DNA of 64,000 nucleotides from Phycisphaerae bacterium. Lineage in GTDB: Bacteria > Planctomycetota > Phycisphaerae > UBA1845 > Fen-1342. The DNA lies in NCBI GenBank assembly GCA_050115495.1, contig JASFQK010000019.1, forward strand, positions 1 through 64,000. Direction: 5' to 3'. Under the pieces are notes generated by a model. The model did no database searches. It was not told the origin of the DNA and was given only the letters and a program-made list of their open reading frames with translations. Below, in pieces: positions 19,104 through 29,271 of this stretch. Within the stretch, counting starts at the first letter, position 1. The number at the start of each line of letters is the position of its first letter. Made by a program: the position numbers and the translations under genes.

Positions 19104-19382
19104 CTGCGCCGGGCGTAGGCGGCACGGTCGATGACCCCGGCGGCGACATACGCGGACTGGCGGCGCTGACCCCTGTGTCGGGGACGCGCCGGCAGCGGGT
19201 CGCGGTGATAATCCTTGATCCGGCGTAGGGACGCCGGTAGGCTGGACGTAGTCCGCGCGGGGGGCATTTCGCCAGGCGGCACGGGACCGCCGACCGCGGG
19301 CACGTGAGGGCGCACATCCGGGGAGACGGACGTGCGATGGCAGGGGAAACGCGCGCAGGCACGGGGCATGGGGAGACCAGAG

Positions 19383-21680
19383 ATGGTACGGACATGGCAC
19401 GCTCGCTGGTGGGGATTGACCGGGGCTATCCTGATGACGCTGCTGGCGGCGGCCGGCGCCTTCGCCGACGGGATGTGGGTCTGCCACGGTCCCTACGGCG
19501 GATCGTCGTCGGTGCTGCTGCGCTCGCAGGGCGCGGACGGCGGGATTTTTGCGGCAGTGCTCTGCAACGGGGTGTACTACCTGCCGGCCGGCGGCAGTAC
19601 GTGGCAGAACCGCAGCGGCGGTCTGGAGAACCCGTACGTCAAAGCCCTGGTCCAGAACCCGCAGAACCCCGACATCCTCTACGCCGGCACGCGGCAGGGT
19701 GTGTACTGGACAACGGACGGCGGGTGGCAGTGGGAACCGCGCACGACAGGGATCGGCTCGGGCCACGTCGAGGCGCTGGCGATCGACCCACTCAACCCAC
19801 AGATTCTCTACGCGGAGAAATGGGGCGATGTCTACAAGACGGTTAACGGCGGCCTGAACTGGACACTGTCCAATACGGGCCTTCCCGGCGGGCTGGATTG
19901 CTGTGCCCTCCTGGTCGACCCGGTCGATCCGCAGATCGTGTACGCCGGCCTGACGTACGCGTACGGCGGGACGAACGGGGAGGGCGTGTACAAGTCCGTC
20001 GACGCCGGCGGCACGTGGCAGCTCAGCAGCGAGGGCATGCTCAACGGCCGTGTGCTGGCGCTGACGTTCGACCCGCGGTCGAGCCAGACGATCTACGCCG
20101 GTGTGTACGGCAGCGGGTACTACTCATACGGGGGCGTGTACGTAAGCCACGATGCGGGGGCGACGTGGACGTGGCGCGGGGAGGACCTGCCGCAGGATAT
20201 CTGGCCGCTGTCGCTGGCCGTTGCGTACGACGGGGACACGGACGAGCCCATCCTGCACCTGGCCGCGTCGTACGTCTACCAGAACCTGCCGCAGCCGCCG
20301 GGTGGCTGGCAGCCGCGCTACTTCCAGAGTCGTGACGACGGGGAAACGTGGGAGCAGTGCACGAACGGTGTGACCTATCCGAACCTGCTCGCCGTGCTCG
20401 TCGACCCGGACCGGCCGGAGGAGGTCTGGCTGGGCTGCGACCGTGGCGGCATCTTCCGCAGCACGGACGGCGGCAACACGTTCACCCACTGGAGCACGGG
20501 CCTGGCACGCATGGGTATCAAGGGGCTGGGCGTGCATCCGTTGAACGACGACGTCGTGTACGCCGGCGTGGTCGCCCCCATGGGGCAGTACAGCGACGAG
20601 GAGGGCGGCGTGTACGTGACGTTCGACGGGGGAAAGACGTGGACGCCGCGGTGCCAGGACATGAGCCTGACGGCCGGGTACTACACGAGCGCCGTCGCCG
20701 TCGCCCCGAACGACCCGGAGGTCGTCTACGCTCCGAACTGCGGCTGGATGCTGTACGTCTCGACGAACGAGGGTAAGAACTGGGAGTGGCGCGGCTTTCC
20801 ACACGGGATCGACGGGTATTGGCTGACTGACGTGGTCGTCGACCCGCACGACCCGAAGGTCGCCTACGTCTCTGGCGCCGGTTTCGAACCGTCCTGGCCG
20901 GACATCTACAAGACGGTAGACGCCGGCGAGACGTGGCGTCCGGTGGCCAGCAACGTGGTGTACGCCATCTTCACCTGCCTCGCGATCAGCAACGCGAACC
21001 CCGACGTTGTCTACGCCGGCACGGGCTGGGAAGGCATCCTGAAAACGACGAACGGCGGAGAGACGTGGCAGTCGACCGGCTTCGACAACGAGGAAGCCAT
21101 GATCGGCGACATCGTCATCGACCCATCGCGCCCCAGCCACGTGTACGCCTGTGACGACCAATGGGGCGGCAGCGGCGTGTACGTGAGCTACGATGCCGGC
21201 GATAGCTGGGCGACGTACAACGAGGGCCTCACCGATCTCGACGTCAACGCCCTGGCCGTGGACGCACCGCTGCCGTCGCGCGATGGTCCCACGACGCTCT
21301 ACGCCGGCACGCGGCATGCGGGCGTCTTTCGCCGAGCGGAAGGCGGCCTTTGGGCACCCATCAACAACGGGCTGAAGAGCGAGTGCATCCAGGCCCTGGC
21401 CGCCGGCCCGGAGCCGACCGACAGCGAGCCACGCAATCGGGCACGGGTGCTCTACGCTGGCACGGACCGTGGCGTATACCGTTGGATTGTGCCGGGCGAC
21501 CTGAACTGCGACGGAGAGATCGACAACTTCGACATCGGGCCGTTCGTGCTGGCCCTGACTCGGCCGGAGGAATACGCGGAGGTCTATCCCGACTGCGGCG
21601 TGCCTTTGGCCGACCTCAACGAGGACGGCGCGGTCAACAACTTCGACATCGGCCCGTTTGTCGCCCTGCTCACCGAGTAG
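19383..21680 (+). CDS. Secreted BNR/Asp-box beta-propeller protein with dockerin-like tail
   Basis: Signal peptide ending AFA. Many SxDxGxTW Asp-box repeats and DPxxPxxxYAG motifs. C-terminal GDLNCDG..DNFDI / NNFDI. Confidence 0.88.
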   Translation: MVRTWHARWWGLTGAILMTLLAAAGAFADGMWVCHGPYGGSSSVLLRSQGADGGIFAAVLCNGVYYLPAGGSTWQNRSGGLENPYVKALVQNPQNPDILYAGTRQGVYWTTDGGWQWEPRTTGIGSGHVEALAIDPLNPQILYAEKWGDVYKTVNGGLNWTLSNTGLPGGLDCCALLVDPVDPQIVYAGLTYAYGGTNGEGVYKSVDAGGTWQLSSEGMLNGRVLALTFDPRSSQTIYAGVYGSGYYSYGGVYVSHDAGATWTWRGEDLPQDIWPLSLAVAYDGDTDEPILHLAASYVYQNLPQPPGGWQPRYFQSRDDGETWEQCTNGVTYPNLLAVLVDPDRPEEVWLGCDRGGIFRSTDGGNTFTHWSTGLARMGIKGLGVHPLNDDVVYAGVVAPMGQYSDEEGGVYVTFDGGKTWTPRCQDMSLTAGYYTSAVAVAPNDPEVVYAPNCGWMLYVSTNEGKNWEWRGFPHGIDGYWLTDVVVDPHDPKVAYVSGAGFEPSWPDIYKTVDAGETWRPVASNVVYAIFTCLAISNANPDVVYAGTGWEGILKTTNGGETWQSTGFDNEEAMIGDIVIDPSRPSHVYACDDQWGGSGVYVSYDAGDSWATYNEGLTDLDVNALAVDAPLPSRDGPTTLYAGTRHAGVFRRAEGGLWAPINNGLKSECIQALAAGPEPTDSEPRNRARVLYAGTDRGVYRWIVPGDLNCDGEIDNFDIGPFVLALTRPEEYAEVYPDCGVPLADLNEDGAVNNFDIGPFVALLTE

Positions 21681-21881
21681 TAATCGGACCCTGGCGATTC
21701 GCTGAAGAATAACTAACGATCGGACGTTGATACGGGCGGCCAGCGCGGCCCGCAATTAACGTTGGGACGGCGGCTGCATCTCGCTAGAATGGGCGCATCT
21801 TGTCTAGTTTGGGGGTAGTTCCCCCGCCCGGGCTCACGGATTGGGCTCGGGTCCAGTCTGAACCGTTCAGGAGGATCGGAA

Positions 21882-22955
21882 ATGTCAGCAGGTAAGAGTA
21901 GTACAGGGTTTCTTCTTGTTCTGGCCGGCGGCATGCTGGCGCTCGCCGGCGGGACGATGGCATCCGCCCAGGAAGCGATCATCATCGATCACAACTGCAC
22001 CGACTTGTCGGCGGTGCCGCTCTACTGGATCGAGCGAGCCAAACTGCTCACGATCCACTACGGGCACACCTCCCACGGCAGCCAGATCATCAGCGGCTTC
22101 CAGGTGCTGGAGGGCGTCGACCCGACGTACAGCATCGCCGTGCGGGCCAGCGGCACCGAGGGGCTCCCGCCGGAGGAGAACCCGCCGGCGCTGCGCATGT
22201 ACGACGGTAATCCGCCGGAGACGTACGTTCAGCCGGATGACTACTGGTATGGCCAGGAGGCTCAGGACCGTACGCGGGCGGTGGCCGACACGGGACACTA
22301 CAACTTCTCGATGTGGTCGTGGTGTGGCCAGCAGTCCGGGGCGACGGAGGCCTACACGCAGGCCTATCTGGATGCGATGCTCCAGTTCGAGAGTGAGTAT
22401 CCGGCGATGCGCTTCATTCTGATGACCGGCCACACGGACGGCAGCGGCGAAGAGGGCAACCTGAACGCACGCAACAACCAGGTGCGCGACTTCTGCATCG
22501 CGCACAACATGGTGCTCTTCGATTTCGCCGACCTCGAGAGCTACAACCCCGACGGCGAGTATTTCCTCGACCGTTACTGCAATGACAACTGCGACTATCA
22601 GGGCGGCAACTGGGCGACGGAGTGGTGCGGCGCCCATCCGGGCAGCGATCTGTGCATCTCCTGCTCGTGCGCTCACTCGCAGTCGCTGAACTGCAACGTC
22701 AAGGGCCGCGCGTTCTGGTGGATGATGGCCCGCCTAGCCGGCTGGCACCCGGTGCCGCAGGCGATCGGCGACGTCAACTGCGACGACGCCATCAACAACT
22801 TCGACATCGCGCCGTTCGTGCAGGCCGTGACCAACCCCGACGGCTACGCCGCCGACCATCCGGACTGTGATCTCAGTCTGGCGGACATCAACGGCGACGG
22901 TGCCCTGGACAACTTCGACATCGGCCCGTTCGTCGAGCTGATCGTCGGTAAGTAA
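21882..22955 (+). CDS. Secreted conserved hypothetical protein (YGHTSHGSQ family) with dockerin-like tail
   Basis: AGGAGG RBS, signal peptide, IDH, YGHTSHGSQI, MWSWCGQ, MTGH, LFDFAD, CAHSQ..NC..KG.A.WW..ARLAGW, and NFDI twice. Confidence 0.8.
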   Translation: MSAGKSSTGFLLVLAGGMLALAGGTMASAQEAIIIDHNCTDLSAVPLYWIERAKLLTIHYGHTSHGSQIISGFQVLEGVDPTYSIAVRASGTEGLPPEENPPALRMYDGNPPETYVQPDDYWYGQEAQDRTRAVADTGHYNFSMWSWCGQQSGATEAYTQAYLDAMLQFESEYPAMRFILMTGHTDGSGEEGNLNARNNQVRDFCIAHNMVLFDFADLESYNPDGEYFLDRYCNDNCDYQGGNWATEWCGAHPGSDLCISCSCAHSQSLNCNVKGRAFWWMMARLAGWHPVPQAIGDVNCDDAINNFDIAPFVQAVTNPDGYAADHPDCDLSLADINGDGALDNFDIGPFVELIVGK

Positions 22956-23085
22956 CACAGAGCGGCCGAGGCCGGCGGGCGACCCAATGCGCCTGTCGGC
23001 CTCGGTCGTGGGGGAACAGCAATTACACGCGGAACAAGCGTGCGTCCTCAGTTGCCGATCGCCTGCGCCGATCCTGCGCCCCCTG

Positions 23086-23745
23086 CTACGGCTGCGACTG
23101 GGCTCCGGTGGCGATGTACCATGGGTCGAAGATGATGATCCAGTGGCACGTATCCGGCGAACCGCTCGGACACGGCGTCGGCTGCTGGCAATGTCGGTTG
23201 CTGGCACACAGCACATTCAGGCTGTCACAGCCGCAGTACGACTTCCACGGCCACACGCCGACGCCGCCAAGTTCGGTGACGAGCTCATGGGCCGCGTCGA
23301 CGTCCACGGTGATCGCCAAGTCGAGAACGGAGCAACCCGCGCCGTCGATGGCGTGCCAGTGGAAGCACACATCCCCTGACCCGGGATCTTCCATGAGTAC
23401 GCGGAGCGTTCCGCGAACGCGCTCGCCGTTCATCTCGCCCGACCAGGCGCGGCCCTGGTGCCCCTTCGAATGCGCATCCTCGAAGACGACGCCGGTAACA
23501 CTCACTTCCGAGCGCCCGACTTCGGCGGGCAGGAATGTGAGATTCAGCACGAGGCATCCACTCGCCCCGTTCATCTGCTCGATCATGAACGCGCCAGCGT
23601 CACCGGCCAGGACAGCACAGCTGTCATCCACCCAGCTCAACCCGGCGTTCTCAACTTCCACTGGTTCGCCGGTCGACGCCACAGCCGACGCCGCCCAGGC
23701 GCACGAAACGCCCACGACGAAAGCGACCTTGATCGTCCGTTTCAT
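23086..23745 (-). CDS. Secreted hypothetical protein with Cys-rich C-terminus
   Basis: GGAGG RBS, signal-like MKRTIKVAFVVGVSCAWAASAVA, C-terminal CGC..C..C..C..C. Confidence 0.65.
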   Translation of the reverse strand: MKRTIKVAFVVGVSCAWAASAVASTGEPVEVENAGLSWVDDSCAVLAGDAGAFMIEQMNGASGCLVLNLTFLPAEVGRSEVSVTGVVFEDAHSKGHQGRAWSGEMNGERVRGTLRVLMEDPGSGDVCFHWHAIDGAGCSVLDLAITVDVDAAHELVTELGGVGVWPWKSYCGCDSLNVLCASNRHCQQPTPCPSGSPDTCHWIIIFDPWYIATGAQSQP

Positions 23746-23813
23746 GGTGAGTTCCTCCGTCAACAGGTGGGGTCCTGTCTGAAACGATGCTCCGTCGCTT
23801 TCTGCCCCCTCCT

Positions 23814-24851
23814 CTACTTGATCTCATCCGTACCCCCTTTCTTATCCGCCGAGGCGACGAAATCGACGACGATTCGGTTGCCTGCAGCCGGAGGTCGGAA
23901 TATCGCATCCGGGATCGGCTTCATTGAGACGTTACCGTACGTCCAGCGCTGCGACACCACGGCCACGACGCGAGGCACGGGCAGTATGCACTCCACAGCG
24001 ATCGTCTTGTCTTCCTGTACGATCAGGAAGGATTGGGGATCGATGTACCAGCAAAAAACGAGCAGCCCATTGTTGAACACGCGCGATACGCGGTGCGCCG
24101 GTTCGCCATCAGCCGTAGGGAATACGCCGTCGTAGCGACCCGCCTGGATGTTGTCGTGCCGCGCCGCCGTCAACCACGGGTCCTCGCGTGCGTCGGTACC
24201 CGGCAGTAGACTCTGCAGGTAACCGCCAAACAGACACTTGCCCGCGATCTTCAGCTCGCCCGGCACCAACGACTGCAACTGGTCCTCCCGGAAGTTGTTC
24301 TCCGTTCCCTCAGGCCCGACGATGTACGGCCGCGTTTGCTCAATCGCCGTCCACTGGACGACCGTCGCCTGTCCTTTCGCCAGCCCTCCCCTGCCTGAGC
24401 TCACGATGCCCCAGACCGGCCGGCCACCACACGAGGCCTCGGCGCGTAGCCGCTGGCCGGGCTTCATCCAGCATCGCACACGAGCGACCTCGGGCAACTG
24501 GTCGTCGAAAGACAGGTCGACCGGCTCACCCCGCTTGAGGGGCCGTTCGCTGCAGAAGACACGCGATTCGAACGAAAGATCGGTGAGCCGCCGATAGGCA
24601 TCGGCCATTGTGTCCGCCAGATGCCGCAGCAGCAGTCTCTCGAGCGCGACGTCCAGCGTGAGGTGTCTGGCCTCGGCATCGGTCTCGAATCCGAGCCGAA
24701 GCTGCGGACTCAGCGCCGCCCAGGCGTCGGCGGATCGTGTGAATGCGAGGCCGGCCCCCTTGGTGGGTGACAATTCCGTCGCATAGTCGCCCGCCAGCGG
24801 CACAATGGGCAGGAGCGCAACACAGAGCAACCACCACAATTGGGTATTCAT
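23814..24851 (-). CDS. Secreted hypothetical protein, possibly LolA-like fold
   Basis: Signal peptide. WYIDPQSFLIVQ...YGNVSMKPIPDAIFRPP resembles LolA/DUF2092-like C-termini (pattern recognition only). Confidence 0.6.
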   Translation of the reverse strand: MNTQLWWLLCVALLPIVPLAGDYATELSPTKGAGLAFTRSADAWAALSPQLRLGFETDAEARHLTLDVALERLLLRHLADTMADAYRRLTDLSFESRVFCSERPLKRGEPVDLSFDDQLPEVARVRCWMKPGQRLRAEASCGGRPVWGIVSSGRGGLAKGQATVVQWTAIEQTRPYIVGPEGTENNFREDQLQSLVPGELKIAGKCLFGGYLQSLLPGTDAREDPWLTAARHDNIQAGRYDGVFPTADGEPAHRVSRVFNNGLLVFCWYIDPQSFLIVQEDKTIAVECILPVPRVVAVVSQRWTYGNVSMKPIPDAIFRPPAAGNRIVVDFVASADKKGGTDEIK

Positions 24852-25228
24852 GTCTGCACCGCTCTCCGTAGTGCGCTTGGGCCCGGGAGTGGGCCGTTGA
24901 CCGGCGTGCCCTTCGGCACGCGACAGCGCATGGACATGTTCTCAGAATCCCCGCCCGTAGCCCCGGTTCTCAACCTGCTGCGCGGCGGAGAACACCAAAA
25001 CGATACAAGTATAGATACGATTAGGTCAAGGTCAATACGTGCCTTCCATTAATATACAGACGCTGCCACGCAGCATTTGCTGATGTGGTCTTAGGCAGGG
25101 GCAGACATGAATCAGATTGCGCTCGTAGTGAACGTGGTTGCGGCGCGGGGGCATCGGTGAATGCACCCGCACCGCTCGCTTGGACAGACTGCACTTGATC
25201 CCGGCCGCGGCGCCCGTGAAGAGCGGAG

Positions 25229-27121
25229 CTACTTCTCGCGGGCTGCTTCGAGCAGGCGTTTCACGCCGGGCTCGTCGGGGGCCAGGCGGGCGGCGCGGAA
25301 GAGGCCGCCGCCGGGAGGGCTACCGCCGGGGCCTCCGCCGCCAGGGCCGAAGCCCGGTGGACCACCCGGACCGCCGCCAGGGGGACCCCAACGGCCCGGG
25401 GGGCCGGCCCCTGGCGTGAACGGACGTCGGCGCCGCTGCGGCCGTGAGGTCGGGCCGCCGTCAGCGGGGCCGGGATTCGCAGCGTCCGCGGCGGGCCGGT
25501 CAGGTGGTTCGTTCGCCGCATCGCGGCTGTCGGGTCGGGGGCCCTGTCGATCGCCATTGCGGCCCGGGGGCCCGAACTGTGGCGGGCCGTCGCCGTCCGC
25601 CGGGCGACCGCCAATGCGACCGAACCATCGGCCGACGCCGCGCATGCCGCCGGGCCCGCGGTCACCTTCGAAGGGACTGACGTAATCCCAGACGGTCTTA
25701 CCGTCGCTGGTCACCTCGAACATGCGGCCCTGCTCGCCGGCGCAGACCAGCGTGTTGCCGTTGGGCAGACGCTCCGCACCGGAGATGTGGCTGGAGAAGA
25801 ATTCCTCCTCGGCCTTCGCGGAGTAGACCCAACACGGCTTGTCCGGGCCGTACGCCTGGCCGCGGGCCAGCGTGTAGTGCCCGGAGCTGTCGATGGGCGG
25901 AGCGATCTCGACCACGGTGGAATAGGCGCCCTCGGGGCGGCCCATGCCATTGTTGAAGATAAGCAGGTGGCCGGCGCCGGGTGAACCCTCGGGGATCCAG
26001 CGGGCGTCATGCTGGGCGAAGAGCTGCTGATCGCCGGCGCCGCCGGCGGCGTAGGCCCGCGGGTTGCCCCAGCGATAGAGCAAGTCGCCACCCTTGCCGT
26101 AGCGACCGCCGCTGTGGCCGGCGGCCTCGCGCGTGGTCGTGCTGTGATCGATGACCCAGACCTCGTTGAAGGTGTGGATGCTGATGAGGATCTGGTCGAG
26201 GCGGGCGTTGTAGGCGACGGAGTTGACGTGGCACCAGTCGCCGGGCATGCCGGGGCCGCCCGGACCGCCGGGACCGCCCGGGCCGGGTCGTTGCTGCTCG
26301 TCTTCCTCTTCGTCCTCGTAGTCGCCGCCGCCGACGTAGCCGAGGCTGCGGAGCCGTTCCAGCTCCTCGGGCGTTTCGCGCGGGGCGATCCGGCTGTAGT
26401 TCAGGTCCACCAGCTCCGGGTGCCCGGCGACGGCGCCGTAGTTTGGCTTGCTCTGATCGAAGTCCTGCACGAGGTGGTCCCAGACGTGCCACTCCCAGAC
26501 GATCTCGCCGCCGCTTTCGCCCTGCGGAGCAACTTCGATGATGCTGTCGGGCCAGAATTCGTCGCCGGTGAACTGCTCGGGATCGAGGCCGGCGGCGAGA
26601 GCCTCGTCGCGGGTCTTCTTCTCCCAGGCGATCATGAGGATGTGGCCGTTGGGCAGCGGCTCGATGTCGTGGTGCAGGCAGTGTTTGTCGTCGGCGTAGA
26701 CGAACTCCCACAGGACCTTGCCATCGGGGGCGAGGCGCTCGACGCGGCCGCCGATGCCGCCGCCCATGAAGTGCCGATTCGTCGGCTCACGGCCGGTGCG
26801 CAGCAGCGTGCCGTCGTCGAGCAGATAGACGGCCAGGCCGGGCACGTACTTGCTCGGCCAGGAGTGCACGACGTCGCCCTTCATGTCGACGAGATACGTG
26901 GTCGTCGAGTTCTGCGGGGCAAGCAGTGTGTAGCCGGCGCAGGCCGCGTCCGTGTTGAGGATGAGGCCGCGCTGCGCCGGGGCGGACCTGGGCCCGGGCC
27001 GGCGCTGTGGCGAACCCGGTCGCGCGTTGGGCGGCGGCTGGGCTCCATCGAACAGGAAGAGCCCGCCGACAAGCGCCAGGCAAAGAAGAGCTGCGTGCCA
27101 CCCCGCGCGAATCGCGAACAT
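25229..27121 (-). CDS. Aryl-sulfate sulfotransferase-like protein
   Basis: GYTL, LHHDIEPLPNGHIL, WEWHVWDH, DWCHVNSV, GDLLYRWGNP, FAQHDARW, SGAERLPNGNTL. Gly/Pro-rich inserts. AAAGGA RBS. Confidence 0.88.
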   Translation of the reverse strand: MFAIRAGWHAALLCLALVGGLFLFDGAQPPPNARPGSPQRRPGPRSAPAQRGLILNTDAACAGYTLLAPQNSTTTYLVDMKGDVVHSWPSKYVPGLAVYLLDDGTLLRTGREPTNRHFMGGGIGGRVERLAPDGKVLWEFVYADDKHCLHHDIEPLPNGHILMIAWEKKTRDEALAAGLDPEQFTGDEFWPDSIIEVAPQGESGGEIVWEWHVWDHLVQDFDQSKPNYGAVAGHPELVDLNYSRIAPRETPEELERLRSLGYVGGGDYEDEEEDEQQRPGPGGPGGPGGPGMPGDWCHVNSVAYNARLDQILISIHTFNEVWVIDHSTTTREAAGHSGGRYGKGGDLLYRWGNPRAYAAGGAGDQQLFAQHDARWIPEGSPGAGHLLIFNNGMGRPEGAYSTVVEIAPPIDSSGHYTLARGQAYGPDKPCWVYSAKAEEEFFSSHISGAERLPNGNTLVCAGEQGRMFEVTSDGKTVWDYVSPFEGDRGPGGMRGVGRWFGRIGGRPADGDGPPQFGPPGRNGDRQGPRPDSRDAANEPPDRPAADAANPGPADGGPTSRPQRRRRPFTPGAGPPGRWGPPGGGPGGPPGFGPGGGGPGGSPPGGGLFRAARLAPDEPGVKRLLEAAREK

Positions 27122-27191
27122 GAGACGTTCCTTTCAGTACGAGGGCCCGTCGAGCGCCGGGCGGCCGCGCCGCCATTCACGCCGCGGGCGG

Positions 27192-27350
27192 TTATGCGGA
27201 GGCGGCCGTTCCCAGCCAGGCCTCCAGCAGATCCGGCAGGTATGCGGCCAACGTATCCACCGCGTAATACCCCAGGTCCGACGCGCAGGACCCGATACCG
27301 AAGAGCAAACCGCTCGCCAACACCATCAGCGCCCATTTCCCGGTCTTCAT
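27192..27350 (-). CDS. Small exported/membrane peptide (52 aa)
   Basis: GGAGG RBS. MKTGKWALMVLASGLLFGIGSC has a hydrophobic segment ending in Cys. Confidence 0.65.
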   Translation of the reverse strand: MKTGKWALMVLASGLLFGIGSCASDLGYYAVDTLAAYLPDLLEAWLGTAASA

Positions 27351-27536
27351 CAGGCTACCTCCAGCCATCTGGCCCAGCCGCGTCGCAGCGCCGCCGGCCC
27401 CATATTTCGGCTCCGCCCGATCCGCCCGACCACACTGCCGGGGAGGCGGAGCCACGTACTTCTGATTGGTGGCCGGTCGTTTCACGGCCATCGACACATT
27501 GTCCGTGTACAGCGTGTGTCCGTCTGTACCACCGAC

Positions 27537-27551
27537 GTAAAGAAGCGTAAA
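27537..27551 (+). promoter_or_regulatory. CpxR-type binding box
   Basis: GTAAA-GAAGC-GTAAA, an exact match to the GTAAA-N5-GTAAA consensus. Confidence 0.65.
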
Positions 27552-27675
27552 GGGCCATGGCCTTCCAGGTCCGCGTGCTCGGTTGCGGTGACTTACCACT
27601 GCGTGTCACCGGGAGAGAAGACGTGTCCACCAACATGTTATTGCCGCGGTTTGCCCGTTGGTTGCTTCGGGCGTC

Positions 27676-27690
27676 GTAAAGAACCGTCAA
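27676..27690 (+). promoter_or_regulatory. CpxR-type binding box
   Basis: GTAAA-GAACC-GTCAA. Confidence 0.6.
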
Positions 27691-27788
27691 CGGGCCGAAT
27701 GCGGCCATAGTCGCGGCGTGGTCGTCGCCGATACAGGAGTCAGTGCCGCAGTGCAGAGGGAACTTCGCGGCCCATGAAAGGAGACGTC

Positions 27789-28355
27789 GTGTCAACGATC
27801 GGTTCGACCAATGGGCTGGACACGAGCCAGCTCAACCTGCTCCAGCAGTTGAAGGCGGAGGACAGCCAATCGGCCCGGGGCATCGCGCGCGCCGGAGACC
27901 CGGAGCAGGGCGCAGAGCGGATGTGGTCACGGCTGGAGGCCGCGGCCAGCGAGTTGGGCATGGACACGGACACGCTGCAAGCGCTGCAGGATGATCTACG
28001 CGGCGCCGTGTCGACGGCGATGGAGAGCGTGGACGACAGCGCGACTCCTGAGGAGCGGCGCCAGGCCGTCGAGGAGGCGGTGCTCACCACGCTCGAGGAG
28101 AACGGCATCGATGCCGCCGCGCTCAAAGAGCAGTTCCAGGCGATGGCCGGCGGGCAGGGCCAGCGTCCGGACGGGCCGCCCCCGGGCGGCGCACCGCCGG
28201 ACGGCCCGCCGCCGGGGGGTGCTCCGCCGGACGGTGCCCCGCCCGAAGGGATGGCCTCCGATCAGGCGCAGGCCAGCGAATCGAGCAGTACGAGCGAGAG
28301 CGACCTGCTGACGGCGCTGCTGTCGCTGTTCCCGCTGGTCGACGAGCAGGCCTAA
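27789..28355 (+). CDS. Hypothetical acidic helical protein with PDGPPPGGAP repeats
   Basis: AAAGGAGA RBS then GTG. Typical codon usage. Three PDGxPP repeats. Confidence 0.75.
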   Translation: MSTIGSTNGLDTSQLNLLQQLKAEDSQSARGIARAGDPEQGAERMWSRLEAAASELGMDTDTLQALQDDLRGAVSTAMESVDDSATPEERRQAVEEAVLTTLEENGIDAAALKEQFQAMAGGQGQRPDGPPPGGAPPDGPPPGGAPPDGAPPEGMASDQAQASESSSTSESDLLTALLSLFPLVDEQA

Positions 28356-28383
28356 GCGCACTCGGACGCAGGCGACGCCGGCA

Positions 28384-28398
28384 TTGACAGTTCTTTAC
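28384..28398 (-). promoter_or_regulatory. CpxR-type binding box upstream of the response regulator (possible autoregulation)
   Basis: Minus strand GTAAA-GAACT-GTCAA. It overlaps a plus-strand TTGACA. Confidence 0.6.
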
Positions 28399-28494
28399 CG
28401 ATCTACCAGCAGCGGCTCCCCGCCCCTGGGAGGCAGGTGTCCGGCGCGGAGGATATACTCCCCGTGCCGGATCACCTGTTTAGCGGAGGGCGAC

Positions 28495-29232
28495 GTGCCC
28501 GCCTCAACCTGCCACCTGCTGCTGATCGACGACGACGCGGAGCTCGGTGAATTGCTCTCCGCGTACCTCGGCCCCGAGGGCTTTGTCATCGAGGCGGTGG
28601 AAAGCGGCGAGCGGGGCATAGAGCGGGCCCTCCACGGCGAGCACGAGCTGATCGTGCTCGACGTGATGCTCCCCGGCGTCGATGGATTCGAAGTGCTGCG
28701 GCGCATCCGGGATGCGTCGGCGAAGCCGGTGCTGATGCTGACGGCCCGCGGTGAGGACATCGATCGCATCGTCGGGCTCGAACTCGGGGCGGACGACTAC
28801 CTGCCGAAACCGTTCAACCCGCGCGAACTGTGCGCTCGCATCAAGGCCGTGCTGCGGCGCGTCGAGCAGCATCAGGGCGGCCCGGCGTCGCCGGCACGTG
28901 GCGAACGGCTGGTCGTGGACGATGTCGAGCTGGATCTGGGCTCGCGCGAGGTGCGGCGCGATGGGGAGCTTGTCTCGCTGACGTCCGTCGAGTTCGAGCT
29001 CCTCGCCGTTCTGCTCCGCGCGGCGGGCACAACGGTCGATCGGCGGGACTTGTTCCGGGCTGTGCTCGATCGTGATCCGGACCCGCTGGATCGCAGTATC
29101 GATATGCACGTCAGCCACCTGCGGAAGAAACTCGGGCCGCAGCGCGGCGGCGGCGAGCGGATCAAAGCCGTCCGCGGCGTGGGCTACGTCTACCCGATCC
29201 CCCGGGCCGACGCGGAGCCGACTGCGAGCTGA
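28495..29232 (+). CDS. OmpR-family response regulator (CpxR-like)
   Basis: LIDDD, LDVMLP, MLTARG, LELGADDYLPKPFNPREL, winged helix DRSIDMHVSHLRKKL...VRGVGY. Confidence 0.95.
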   Translation: MPASTCHLLLIDDDAELGELLSAYLGPEGFVIEAVESGERGIERALHGEHELIVLDVMLPGVDGFEVLRRIRDASAKPVLMLTARGEDIDRIVGLELGADDYLPKPFNPRELCARIKAVLRRVEQHQGGPASPARGERLVVDDVELDLGSREVRRDGELVSLTSVEFELLAVLLRAAGTTVDRRDLFRAVLDRDPDPLDRSIDMHVSHLRKKLGPQRGGGERIKAVRGVGYVYPIPRADAEPTAS

Positions 29233-29271
29233 GCCGCCGGTGCCGGCGACGGGCCGGACAGAGCATTTGCC

